Below, in pieces: positions 53,299 through 62,324 of a stretch of DNA of 64,000 bases. The notes beneath the pieces were generated by a model, which saw nothing but the letters and a program-made list of their open reading frames with translations, did no database searches and had not been told where the DNA came from. Position 1 is the stretch's first letter; every line of letters begins with the position of its first letter. Source of the stretch: a virus. Position numbers and translations under genes: made by a program. The DNA lies in the IMG/VR virus record IMGVR_UViG_3300049259_000288, positions 1 to 64,000 of that record; one strand, given 5' to 3'.

Positions 53299-56207
53299 CA
53301 AACAGGGTTCGGCTGTACGACGGCACCACCATCACGCCGGCGCTCGACTTCAACGCGTACCACGGGCGGTGGACGTGCACCGTCGACCCGTTCACGTGGC
53401 CGACGGGCACCGACGGCACGTTCTTCGAGTACGACTTCGCGGTCGCCGACCCGCTCGACTCGACGCTGTTCTACTGGTTCTACATCGGGTGCAACACGGC
53501 GCTGCCGACGTCGACGGTCACCGGCGGGTTCACCTTCGACAGCGACGCCCCGCCGGCCTGGGCTGACTACTGGGGTGTTGGGCACAAGGCCAAGACCGCG
53601 TATGACGGCACGTACCCGTCGCCGATCATCTACGACGGCACCTACACCGCGTACAACGTCTCGACACCCGCGTTCAGCGTTGACGTGGCGAGCCACCCCG
53701 ACTGGTATCAGCACGCCCCGGTGCCGCCGTGGGATCCGCCGGACATCACGATGCCGGCGTCGGGCATCACCATCAACTCCGCGGTGACCGACATCCTCAT
53801 GGTGAGCTGGAACTACCCGTCGACCGGCGGCGGGCTCAAGGACGCCGACATCCGCGTCGTACTCGACGCGGACGACACGATCGTCTGGCACACCGAAGCG
53901 CGCGGCGGCGTGTCACTCGCGCACGAGCTGGCGACCCCGTACTCCGCGCTCACCGGCCCAGCGACGCTACAGGTACGCCACCAACCGTGGAACACCTACG
54001 GCTGGTCGGACTGGGCGTCGATCCCGATCACGTTGGCGCCGACGATCGTCGAGAACGCCGACTGCTTCCGCCAGCAGATCATCGGCTCAGCGCCGGTCGT
54101 CGCCTATCTGTTCCAAGACACCGAGCCCCCCGTCGTCGAGGACATCAGCGGCCACGGGTTCGACGGGCAATGGCAGGTCGACTACCGGCCGGTGTTCATG
54201 AACACGCCGGCGGCTTGGCAGAACAGCCTCGGCGGAAGCAGCAACAACAAGTTCGGACCAGCGAACTACGGCATGGCCGGACAGGTGTACCCGGTCGCGT
54301 TCTACAAGTTCTATTACACGCCGGGCGACCCGGGCAACCTCGACGTCGGCGACACCATGTCGTACATGGCGACCATGCCCGCCGACTACTCGATCGCGAC
54401 GCCCGCCGGCTGGACAGCGCACGTCGACAACGTCGTGAGTGGTGGTGTGCGCGCCTACTTCGCGACCAAGGTCCACGAAGCGAGCGACCCCGACACCTAT
54501 CCGTTCACGATGACCGGTCCCGGCGACCCGTTCGGCGTCGGCGTGTCCCTGACCGGCGTGTTCCAGGACGTCACGCTCGCCGACGTCGACATGATCGTGC
54601 AAGGCGACGACGACCACTGGCACTGGCCGGGGTTCACCGCCGGATCGTGCACCGACTTCATGTTCTGCATCGGGTTCGCGGAGCCCACCGTCGGCAGCGT
54701 CAACGGCCCGCCCTACTTCGCCTCCGGGTTCGTCAGCTACGGCGCCGGCGGCTACCTCGTGTTCGGCGGCTTCACCCCGCGCGTGGTCGGCACCTATTCC
54801 GACTACACGATGCCAGCCGAGGCGCCGGGATATCACGGCTACCGCGTCGCGGTGATCGTGAAGTTCGAGACGACGGATACGTTCACGCCGGCGCCGATCA
54901 CGATCACGGTCCCGAACCCCGCCGCCACTTACGCCGGCCGGGAAGCGTGGATGCTGCTCGAGGCCGAAGCTGACTCCGGGTACCGGTACCACCCGACGTA
55001 CCTACTCCCGCCGCGCTCACCGTCAACGCCCGCTGGGTGGACGCTCATCGGCGACGTCGTGTTCGAGGACACGCGGTGGCTCGCGCTTCGGCGCGTTATC
55101 CAGGCCGGCGACCCGGACACCGTGGACGTGACATGGCCCGACCGGTACGCGACGCAGAAGTGGGCCGTCGCCTTCTCCCAGGAGCAAGCCGGTCTGCCCT
55201 TCGAGTCGAACGACCATGCGCTTGTCGTTGGCGACGCACAGGTCGGATACTCGACGCCGAGCTTCGACGAGCCCGGCTCGGTCACGTACATGCGGTTCCT
55301 CCGACGCCACGCCAAGGGTGACACCATCCCGTTCGGGCACATCACCAACGCCGGTACCGGCGAAGGCGTCGGCGGCGCGATCACCTCGGGAGCGAACGCC
55401 GCGTCGTTCAAGGGGAACCTGCCCGGCCAGTCGACGGTCCTGAGTGTCGCCAACGTGCACGACCCGGTGTTCGACACCGACTCCGGCATCGAAGGGATCA
55501 TCGTCGTCGCCACCCACCACGACTGGGACGACTACCCGATCCTCAACCAGCACCCGGCGCCCGTGTGCGACGCGGGCTGCGACGAGAACCTCGGCTACCT
55601 CGCGGGACTGTGGCGCGGCGACGACTCGAGCCTCGACACCGCGGATCGGGTCTATCCCTCGCTCCAATACATCGCCAACGCCGACGCCCACGGCGACGGC
55701 ACGTCCGTCGCGATGGAGCTCGTGTTCCGGTTCCCCCGGTCGCTCGGCGCAAACGACATCGACCGAGGCGTTTGGCTGTCCGCCGGCGGAACCCTCTCGG
55801 CCTCGATCAGCTCCTACTTCACCGGCTACTACACGTGGATCACGATGGACGACGGGAGCACGATCATCTTCTCGGAGGAGTTCCCGTTCGAGCTGGGGTG
55901 CTGGTACCACCTCGTCGCGAGCTTCTACGCCGGCAAGTTCCATGTGTTCATCAACGGGCTCGAAGTCCGTTCGCAGTCCACGTCGAGGACGCCGCACGCT
56001 GACTACAGCGGCGCGATGATGACCGCCGACGCCGACGTCCTCCTCGCCGCCTACTACCGCGACGAGCTCGACAGCGAGGCGATCCGAGCGCACTTCCGGC
56101 ACCTCTGCGACCTCTGCGGGAACACGTGGACGAAGCGCCAGGTGCTCCGCGGCCGGCTTGCCGTCACCGGCGTCACCGGAACGGTCGTCAAGATCAAGCC
56201 GCACTAG
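53295..56207 (+). CDS. minor tail protein with LamG/ConA-like domain
   Basis: WYHLVASF...VFING, YYRDELDSEAIRAHF. Confidence 0.65.
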   Translation: MTNRVRLYDGTTITPALDFNAYHGRWTCTVDPFTWPTGTDGTFFEYDFAVADPLDSTLFYWFYIGCNTALPTSTVTGGFTFDSDAPPAWADYWGVGHKAKTAYDGTYPSPIIYDGTYTAYNVSTPAFSVDVASHPDWYQHAPVPPWDPPDITMPASGITINSAVTDILMVSWNYPSTGGGLKDADIRVVLDADDTIVWHTEARGGVSLAHELATPYSALTGPATLQVRHQPWNTYGWSDWASIPITLAPTIVENADCFRQQIIGSAPVVAYLFQDTEPPVVEDISGHGFDGQWQVDYRPVFMNTPAAWQNSLGGSSNNKFGPANYGMAGQVYPVAFYKFYYTPGDPGNLDVGDTMSYMATMPADYSIATPAGWTAHVDNVVSGGVRAYFATKVHEASDPDTYPFTMTGPGDPFGVGVSLTGVFQDVTLADVDMIVQGDDDHWHWPGFTAGSCTDFMFCIGFAEPTVGSVNGPPYFASGFVSYGAGGYLVFGGFTPRVVGTYSDYTMPAEAPGYHGYRVAVIVKFETTDTFTPAPITITVPNPAATYAGREAWMLLEAEADSGYRYHPTYLLPPRSPSTPAGWTLIGDVVFEDTRWLALRRVIQAGDPDTVDVTWPDRYATQKWAVAFSQEQAGLPFESNDHALVVGDAQVGYSTPSFDEPGSVTYMRFLRRHAKGDTIPFGHITNAGTGEGVGGAITSGANAASFKGNLPGQSTVLSVANVHDPVFDTDSGIEGIIVVATHHDWDDYPILNQHPAPVCDAGCDENLGYLAGLWRGDDSSLDTADRVYPSLQYIANADAHGDGTSVAMELVFRFPRSLGANDIDRGVWLSAGGTLSASISSYFTGYYTWITMDDGSTIIFSEEFPFELGCWYHLVASFYAGKFHVFINGLEVRSQSTSRTPHADYSGAMMTADADVLLAAYYRDELDSEAIRAHFRHLCDLCGNTWTKRQVLRGRLAVTGVTGTVVKIKPH

Positions 56208-56240
56208 TCACCCAGCGTGGTGTCACCGTTCGTCCAGGCG

Positions 56241-56266
56241 TGAAACTCGGTTCCGATCCTGCCGAT
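56241..56266 (+). promoter_or_regulatory. sigma-28-type late promoter (membrane/lysis module)
   Basis: TGAA-N16-GCCGAT, GTG 8 nt downstream. Confidence 0.82.
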
Positions 56267-56274
56267 TTAGAGAC

Positions 56275-56721
56275 GTGAAGCTCCCGGTGCCCAACTGGTT
56301 CCCGCCGCTGGCGCGCAACCACCCGGCGTTCTTCCTGTCGTACTCCTTCACCATCCTCCTGAACGCTGGACTTGCGATCTGCTACGCGGTCATTCCCGCC
56401 CGTTCCTTCGACCTCGGCTATCTCCGGCTCGTGAACATGGTCCCGCGCTGGGCGTGGGGCGGCTCCGGTGCTCTGATCGCCGCGCTCCTCATGTTCGGCC
56501 TTCGGCCCGGCCGGTTCCAGTGGGGCCGCGCCGGGTTCGCGATCGGCGTGCTCGTGTGGTTCACACGCGGCTGGCTGATGCTCTGCGCGTTGTGGCTCGA
56601 CGGCGAACGCATCTCGTCGATCGCCGTCCTGGCGTTCTTCTACGCCGCCCTCATGCACATCCCGCAGGGCGTCGAACCCCCCATCAACCCGGTCACCCAG
56701 ACAGAGATCGACATCGAGTGA
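56275..56721 (+). CDS. 4-TM membrane protein
   Basis: Four hydrophobic helices. Confidence 0.75.
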   Translation: MKLPVPNWFPPLARNHPAFFLSYSFTILLNAGLAICYAVIPARSFDLGYLRLVNMVPRWAWGGSGALIAALLMFGLRPGRFQWGRAGFAIGVLVWFTRGWLMLCALWLDGERISSIAVLAFFYAALMHIPQGVEPPINPVTQTEIDIE

Positions 56722-57107
56722 TCGAGGTCCTCGCCGCAACTGGTCAGTCGCCGTCAACTACTCCCGTCGCGATCGCGATCGTCATCGCGATCATCGGGAT
56801 GCTCGGCGGCGTCATCGCGGCGCTCCTCACCTTTTTCAGCAGCCGACGGACGACGGAGAGTGCATCGAGAGTGGCGGACACCAAGACCGTCGTCGAGGGT
56901 CTGTCGGGCCTCGTCGACCAGCTGCAGGAAGAGGTCGCCAAGGCACGGGATCACGCCGCCGAGACGCAGGTGTTGCTCGACCATGCACGCGCTGATGCCG
57001 AGCAGCTGCGGCGTGACCTCGCCGAGCGCGAGACCGAACTGGACAACCTTCGAGCCGAGATCGCTGGCCTTGTCGCCCAGCTCGAGCGTCTGAGAGGAAA
57101 GCAGTGA
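56718..57107 (+). CDS. single-TM coiled-coil membrane protein
   Basis: N-terminal TM plus coiled coil, typical of actinophage lysis cassettes. Confidence 0.7.
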   Translation: MIEVLAATGQSPSTTPVAIAIVIAIIGMLGGVIAALLTFFSSRRTTESASRVADTKTVVEGLSGLVDQLQEEVAKARDHAAETQVLLDHARADAEQLRRDLAERETELDNLRAEIAGLVAQLERLRGKQ

Positions 57108-57556
57108 CCGAAGCAACCGCACTCCCCCCGGAGGAGCCACCGACCGTTGGCGACGCCGTACGGGCGTTGCAGAGCCAGCTGGAGTTCTGGCGCCGCATGG
57201 CGATCATCTTCGGCTCGGCACTGGCGTTCGCCGCCGTCGTCATCCTCGTCGGCCTCGGCGCGTTGCTGTCGGTGGCGTCCACGTCAGGGAGCGCCTCGAA
57301 CGACGCCAAGATCGCCGCGCAGGCAGCACAGGACTCCTCCGAGTCGAACCACAAGGTGCTCGCCATCATCCAGGAGCAGACCGGCCCGGCCGCCCAGGAC
57401 CGCCAAGCGACCGTCCTCAAGACGTTCCAGCACACCCTCGACTGCAACGTCCGCATGGCTGCAGCCGAGCTCGTCAAGCCGTTCGGACCGCCGCCGGCGG
57501 GCTACCTGGACGGGTGCTCAGCCACCCCGACCACCACAACCACGGAGGCACCATGA
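57104..57556 (+). CDS. single-TM membrane protein
   Basis: One TM; two C-terminal Cys. Confidence 0.7.
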   Translation: MTEATALPPEEPPTVGDAVRALQSQLEFWRRMAIIFGSALAFAAVVILVGLGALLSVASTSGSASNDAKIAAQAAQDSSESNHKVLAIIQEQTGPAAQDRQATVLKTFQHTLDCNVRMAAAELVKPFGPPPAGYLDGCSATPTTTTTEAP

Positions 57557-58044
57557 CCACAGCAGTCGTGCTGAGCCACGAGTGGGCGGAGACAGTCCGC
57601 CTGCTCCTGGCCGTCGGCATCCCCATCATCGTCGGGCTCATCAGCAAGTCCTCGGCGTCGAGCGGCCTCAAGTCGACGCTGAACGTCGTGCTCTCCGCGC
57701 TCGTCACCGCGGTGACCACGATCCTCGATCACGCCAACGCCGATGTCGCCCACGTGATCCGGGACTTCATCTACACCGCCGGGTTCAGCTTCGCCACCTA
57801 CTACGGCGTCTGGAAGCCCACCGGCATCGCCGGCACGATCGCCGCCAAGACCGAGAAGTTCGGCTTCGGATCGCCGCCTGACCTCACGACGTCGGAGAAG
57901 GGGCTCGAGGACCTGCAGGTGGAGCCGAAGGTGATGGCCGCTGTCGCCGACGCCGTCGAAGCGGCCGACGAGGAACCGCCGCCGCCCAAGAAGGCGCCGG
58001 CCAAGAAGGTGGCCAAGAAGGCCCCCGCGACGAAGAAGGGGTAG
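57553..58044 (+). CDS. putative holin
   Basis: 3 TM; IPIIVGLISK...YYGVWKPTGIA; Lys-rich tail. Confidence 0.65.
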   Translation: MTTAVVLSHEWAETVRLLLAVGIPIIVGLISKSSASSGLKSTLNVVLSALVTAVTTILDHANADVAHVIRDFIYTAGFSFATYYGVWKPTGIAGTIAAKTEKFGFGSPPDLTTSEKGLEDLQVEPKVMAAVADAVEAADEEPPPPKKAPAKKVAKKAPATKKG

Positions 58045-58053
58045 GGGACCGCC

Positions 58054-58200
58054 ATGTGGCTGATCGTTCTCATCCTGCTCGCCGTCCTGCTCTTCGGCCT
58101 CGGCGCCGTGATCAAGGGCGCCGTGCTCTTCGGTCTCATCCTCATCGCCGCCTCTGCACTCGGCGCCGCCCTGGCGGGGCCTCGCTACTGGCGACGGTGA
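58054..58200 (+). CDS. small hydrophobic membrane protein
   Basis: 48 aa; 2 TM. Confidence 0.6.
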   Translation: MWLIVLILLAVLLFGLGAVIKGAVLFGLILIAASALGAALAGPRYWRR

Positions 58201-58562
58201 ACTCGTCCCGGCCGCCGGAACGGCGTACTCCCCTTCGTCGATCCGGCGGTCTGGGGCGGTCCAGGATCAAGCCCGTATCGGACAAGCGGCGTGAGGAGAA
58301 CTACGAGCGTCGCCGTGAGCTCGAGGCCGCCTTCGGGCGGTTCCCCGACTGCGTGCTCTGCGCGCCGCTCAAGGCCGCGGGCATCGACACCGGCTGCAAC
58401 GGCAAGGCCACCGACGGCGACGAGATCCTGAGCCGGGCCCGAGGTGGCTCGATCGTCGACGTCGCCAACATCAGACCGGTCGGCCGGCGCTGCCACAACT
58501 GGCTGACCACGCACCCGGCGAAGGCGCGCGAGCTCGGCCTCGTGGAGTCGCAGTTCGGCTGA
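58197..58562 (+). CDS. HNH-like protein with degenerate active site
   Basis: CVLC...ATDGDEILSRARGG...NIRPVGRRCHNW. Confidence 0.6.
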   Translation: MNSSRPPERRTPLRRSGGLGRSRIKPVSDKRREENYERRRELEAAFGRFPDCVLCAPLKAAGIDTGCNGKATDGDEILSRARGGSIVDVANIRPVGRRCHNWLTTHPAKARELGLVESQFG

Positions 58563-58565
58563 CGC

Positions 58566-58587
58566 TGTCACACCGCCTCAGTACAGT
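58566..58587 (+). promoter_or_regulatory. YGTCAC-N10-TANNNT promoter
   Basis: TGTCAC-N10-TACAGT upstream of the next operon. Confidence 0.55.
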
Positions 58588-58619
58588 CGCCGTGAACGAC
58601 TGTTCGACTCGGAGGTGAG

Positions 58620-59588
58620 ATGGCCGTCGCGATGATCGAGGACCCCGCCCTCGGCGAGCTTCGGCGCGAGACGGGCTATGGCCAGATCGAGGACGTGAAG
58701 CTGCCCGCGGGCAAGCGCAACGCCCAGGTGGTGATCAAGGCCGAGCAGCTCAAGGACCCGGTCCAGGGTTGGGTGGACTCGACGGGCGACCGCGACACCT
58801 ACCTCGCCGCCGTGTCGGCCCAGGAGCAGGGCCAGCGCATCTACTACCAGATCGACACGCACCGCAAGGACAGCGTCGACGTGTCGATCCCCTTCGAGTC
58901 GCTGGGGCGTGGCGACAAGGTCCGCGACGTCCGAGTCATCCAGGCCGTCAACGGCAAGGGCCAGCCGATTTCCGGAAGCGTTCCGGAACAGGGTCCCGTC
59001 GAGCAGCCCACGCTGCCCGTTTCCGGAAATGGACCAGGAAACGAGGAGGCCGCCACTGGGCCCGGCGCCAGCTCCACGGGTGAAGAAAGTCCTGGTCAGG
59101 GCGCTGCGGCAGCTCCAGCTCCGGCGGCTTCGAGCGCCCCGGGGGATCGTTCCGGAAAGCGCGGCCCTCGCATCGTCGAGGGCAAGCCATGGGAGCCGAT
59201 GAACAGCGATGGGAGCCTGAACCTGGGCTCCTACGCCGTGCAGGCGGCCGAGGGCATGTCGCTGCTCGCGCAGGACCTGCTGGTGAGCCGGTGGCGGGCC
59301 GGTGATGCCGAGGCGCCGCCCACCCAGGGCCAGATCCGCTCGCTGGCACGGCTGCTGCTGATCGCTGCGGACCGCGCGCAGGCTTCGGCGCGCGCCGACG
59401 GCCACGCTGACCGGATGGACAACAGCCATTCCCGCTCGCGCGCGGCGGTGCGCGCCGCGCTCGACATCTATCCCGTACCATTCGGCGCCGACCAGGCGGC
59501 CCGTGACGCGTGGCTCGAGGACATCACCAAGCACGCGTCGGAGTTCCTCGGCACCGTTCTGTCCCTCGTTGACCGGGAGGTCCCCTAG
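58620..59588 (+). CDS. hypothetical two-domain protein
   Basis: GGAGG RBS; low-complexity linker between globular halves. Confidence 0.75.
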   Translation: MAVAMIEDPALGELRRETGYGQIEDVKLPAGKRNAQVVIKAEQLKDPVQGWVDSTGDRDTYLAAVSAQEQGQRIYYQIDTHRKDSVDVSIPFESLGRGDKVRDVRVIQAVNGKGQPISGSVPEQGPVEQPTLPVSGNGPGNEEAATGPGASSTGEESPGQGAAAAPAPAASSAPGDRSGKRGPRIVEGKPWEPMNSDGSLNLGSYAVQAAEGMSLLAQDLLVSRWRAGDAEAPPTQGQIRSLARLLLIAADRAQASARADGHADRMDNSHSRSRAAVRAALDIYPVPFGADQAARDAWLEDITKHASEFLGTVLSLVDREVP

Positions 59589-59626
59589 AGCATGAGCATC
59601 CGTCCACCGTCCCCGTCCACCGTCCG

Positions 59627-60085
59627 ATGAGCCGCACCTGCCCGCTCTGCAACGGCAGCGGCACGCTTGAGGCCCGCCCCCGAGAGCAGGACGACACGCT
59701 CTTCGACGCTGGCGCCGCCATCGTCGAGATGGATCAGGAGCCCCCGGCACACCGTGCGGCGCGTGCCGCCGAGCAGCTGGCACGTCTTGCCATCGCGCCA
59801 CACGCTGGCACGCTGCGCCGGCGCGTGCTCGACCTGGCGCTCGGCCGGGACTTCGGCATCACGAGCATCGAGGCCACCGAGGCGTTGGTGTACGAGGACC
59901 TCGTGCGAGCCGGCCAGGTCCTCGGGCGCGAGCAGTTCGAGCTCGCGGTTCGCAAGAAGCTCTACTCGATCGCTCCTCGCCTGACCGAGCTCGTGGACGG
60001 CGGCTGGCTCGCCGACAGCGACGAGGTGCGCGGGAAGCGCATGGTCTACCGGGCGACCGACAAGGCGCGCGCCGAGGCTGCCTGA
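59627..60085 (+). CDS. winged-helix-like DNA-binding protein
   Basis: CPLCNGSG; SIAPRLTELVDGGWLADS. Confidence 0.55.
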   Translation: MSRTCPLCNGSGTLEARPREQDDTLFDAGAAIVEMDQEPPAHRAARAAEQLARLAIAPHAGTLRRRVLDLALGRDFGITSIEATEALVYEDLVRAGQVLGREQFELAVRKKLYSIAPRLTELVDGGWLADSDEVRGKRMVYRATDKARAEAA

Positions 60086-60555
60086 TGCCGGTGATGCGCT
60101 TCCCCGAGCGGCTCGGCTTCGGCACGCTGGTCGACGTCGCAGGCACCATGGCGCGCCTTGTCAACGACGAGACCGGCTTCCGTGAGCTCCTGCGCAGCCG
60201 CGGCTACGCCGCGAACCAGGCCGGTGCGCGCTTCGATCCCGGCGACTGGCCGGGCGCGGCGGTGCCCACCGCGTGGGAGGAAGGCCCGCGCGGCTACCCG
60301 CTGCAGCCCGACCTCCGCCTCGCCGGCGCGCCGTCGGTGAGGCTGCGACGACTGCTCACCGACAAGCCCGTGCGCGGCATCGTCGTGGGCTCGACCTACC
60401 GCCAGGAGGGCTACCTCGTCGACGGCATGTTGGTGCCGCCGTCGCGCACCATCCACGCCCTCGAGATCGCGCTGAACGTACGATCGGGCCGAGCCCGCAT
60501 CGTTCTCGCCCACCCGAACGACGTCCAACCAGTCCCTCGTCGGAGTCGCCCATGA
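60085..60555 (+). CDS. hypothetical protein
   Basis: TGATG overlap. Confidence 0.6.
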   Translation: MPVMRFPERLGFGTLVDVAGTMARLVNDETGFRELLRSRGYAANQAGARFDPGDWPGAAVPTAWEEGPRGYPLQPDLRLAGAPSVRLRRLLTDKPVRGIVVGSTYRQEGYLVDGMLVPPSRTIHALEIALNVRSGRARIVLAHPNDVQPVPRRSRP

Positions 60556-60791
60556 CCAACCTCCCTCCTGGCACGCGCGTTCGTGTGAACGACCGCTCCG
60601 GCTGGCCCGAGCGCATCGGCAGCGACGGCGTGATCATGGCGCCGGCGCCCGACGGCTCATATCCGCAGCCCGGCCCGGGCGAGGTGCTGCTGCTGCTCGA
60701 CAACGACCCGCTCGACCCCGGGCGGCGCAACAGGACGTGGTCGTGCGTCATCAACGCGCGCGCACTCGACACCATCTACAAGGAGAAGTAG
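60552..60791 (+). CDS. hypothetical SH3-like protein
   Basis: PGTRVRV...G..GVI. Confidence 0.55.
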   Translation: MTNLPPGTRVRVNDRSGWPERIGSDGVIMAPAPDGSYPQPGPGEVLLLLDNDPLDPGRRNRTWSCVINARALDTIYKEK

Positions 60792-61054
60792 TGGCAGACG
60801 AAGAGACGCCGGTCGTGATCGACCCGGTGGAAGAGGCGCTCGCGTCACAGGTCGACGCGTGGGAGAGCGACATCGAGGTGCTCGGTGAGGCCATCGCCGC
60901 CGCCGAGGCACAGCTGGCTCGCCAGCGCGCGTCGAAGAAGGAGCGCGCCGACAAGGTCGCCTCGATCAAGGCGCACCTCGACAAGAACTACGAGGGCTGG
61001 GACATCCGGCGCGCCGAGTACCTGCAGACGAACGTCACCAAGAAGGGCCGGTGA
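60791..61054 (+). CDS. coiled-coil hypothetical protein
   Basis: AGGAG RBS. Confidence 0.6.
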   Translation: MADEETPVVIDPVEEALASQVDAWESDIEVLGEAIAAAEAQLARQRASKKERADKVASIKAHLDKNYEGWDIRRAEYLQTNVTKKGR

Positions 61055-61230
61055 GCCTCACCGTCACCGTCGTCGACAACGAGACCGGCGACACCGACAG
61101 CGCCCAGGTGGCCGACGGTGACTATGTACTGATCTGCGCTGCGCCCTGTCATCTTGCGCACACGCAGTCGTATCCGACCAAGGGCACGCACGTGCTCACC
61201 GTGAAGGGACGGCTCGGTGCCCTGGGGTGA
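61051..61230 (+). CDS. hypothetical protein
   Basis: GTGA overlap; 59 aa. Confidence 0.55.
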   Translation: MSLTVTVVDNETGDTDSAQVADGDYVLICAAPCHLAHTQSYPTKGTHVLTVKGRLGALG

Positions 61231-61365
61231 GGAGCACAAGCCGATGAACGGCGGCGCCGGCACCACCGGCGAGATCGAGGACGCGCACGCGGCGCTCGAC
61301 GTCTACGACGTGCCGCGCGGCCCGCTTGCGCTGCGCGTGTTGCACTTCATCGAGCGGATGAAGCC

Positions 61366-61578
61366 GTGACCCCGCGCGAGTTCCGTCGCGAGACGCTCGG
61401 CGAGTTGAAGCCCGACGGTCGCGGGCATCTGTTCGAGCGAAGCGTCGAGAACGACATGCCGGTGCTGCGCTGCATGTACGGCGACTGCGGGTTCATCTGG
61501 TGGCCCGACGAGCATAAGCCCAGCAGGGAGTGCCGATCGGAGATGGCACCAGGACGCACGCTGCCGGGACGCACATGA
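61366..61578 (+). CDS. hypothetical protein
   Basis: Overlaps on both sides. Confidence 0.5.
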   Translation: MTPREFRRETLGELKPDGRGHLFERSVENDMPVLRCMYGDCGFIWWPDEHKPSRECRSEMAPGRTLPGRT

Positions 61579-62324
61579 CCGCGCCGACGCCGAAGCATCC
61601 GGCCCGGTTCTCGGACCCGATCATGCCGGTGCTCGCCAAGTTCGTGGAGCCCGGTTGGACCGTGGTCGACCGGTTCGCCGGCACTGGGCGCGTCCACGAG
61701 CTGCGCGACCTCGTCCCCGGCGTGCACACCTTCGCCGTCGAGATCGAGTTCGAGTGGGCGGCGATGCACCCGTCGACGTGGTGTGGCGACGCGTTCGAGA
61801 TGACCGGCGAGAACCGCTACGACGCCGAGGTCACCTCGGTCACCTACGGCAACCGGTTCGCCGACTCACACAACGCGCAGGAACGCTGTCGGGCGTGCAA
61901 GGGCACCGGGTGGATACCGATCGCGAGTGGCGCGCCGGCGGAGCCATGCGAGAAGTGCGAGGGCACCGGCACCCGGAACCATCACCGCCGTTCGTACACG
62001 CACAACCTTGGGCGCCCTCTCACGCGCGGCAGCAGCGGGTCGATGCACTGGGGCCAGGACTACCGCGCGTTCCACACGAAGTGGCTCGAGTCGAGCTTCA
62101 CGCTCGTGCGCCGACGGCTGGTCCTCAACGTGAGCGACCACATCCGCGACAAGAAGCGCCAGCCTGTCGTCCGCTGGTTCAGGAACACCGCACGCGAGGT
62201 GGGGTTCACGCTCGTGGCCGAGCGCAGCATCGAGACGAAGCGCCTGCGCGACGGCGCGAACCGCGAGTCGCGCGTCAAGTACGAGAAGGTCCTGGTGTTC
62301 GACAAGGAGGCAACCGATGGGTAA
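61575..62324 (+). CDS. amino (N4C/N6A)-type DNA methyltransferase-like protein with inserted Zn finger
   Basis: HPARFS, DRFAGTG, AVEIE, GDA, VTSVTYGN; CxxCxGxG twice. Confidence 0.65.
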   Translation: MTAPTPKHPARFSDPIMPVLAKFVEPGWTVVDRFAGTGRVHELRDLVPGVHTFAVEIEFEWAAMHPSTWCGDAFEMTGENRYDAEVTSVTYGNRFADSHNAQERCRACKGTGWIPIASGAPAEPCEKCEGTGTRNHHRRSYTHNLGRPLTRGSSGSMHWGQDYRAFHTKWLESSFTLVRRRLVLNVSDHIRDKKRQPVVRWFRNTAREVGFTLVAERSIETKRLRDGANRESRVKYEKVLVFDKEATDG

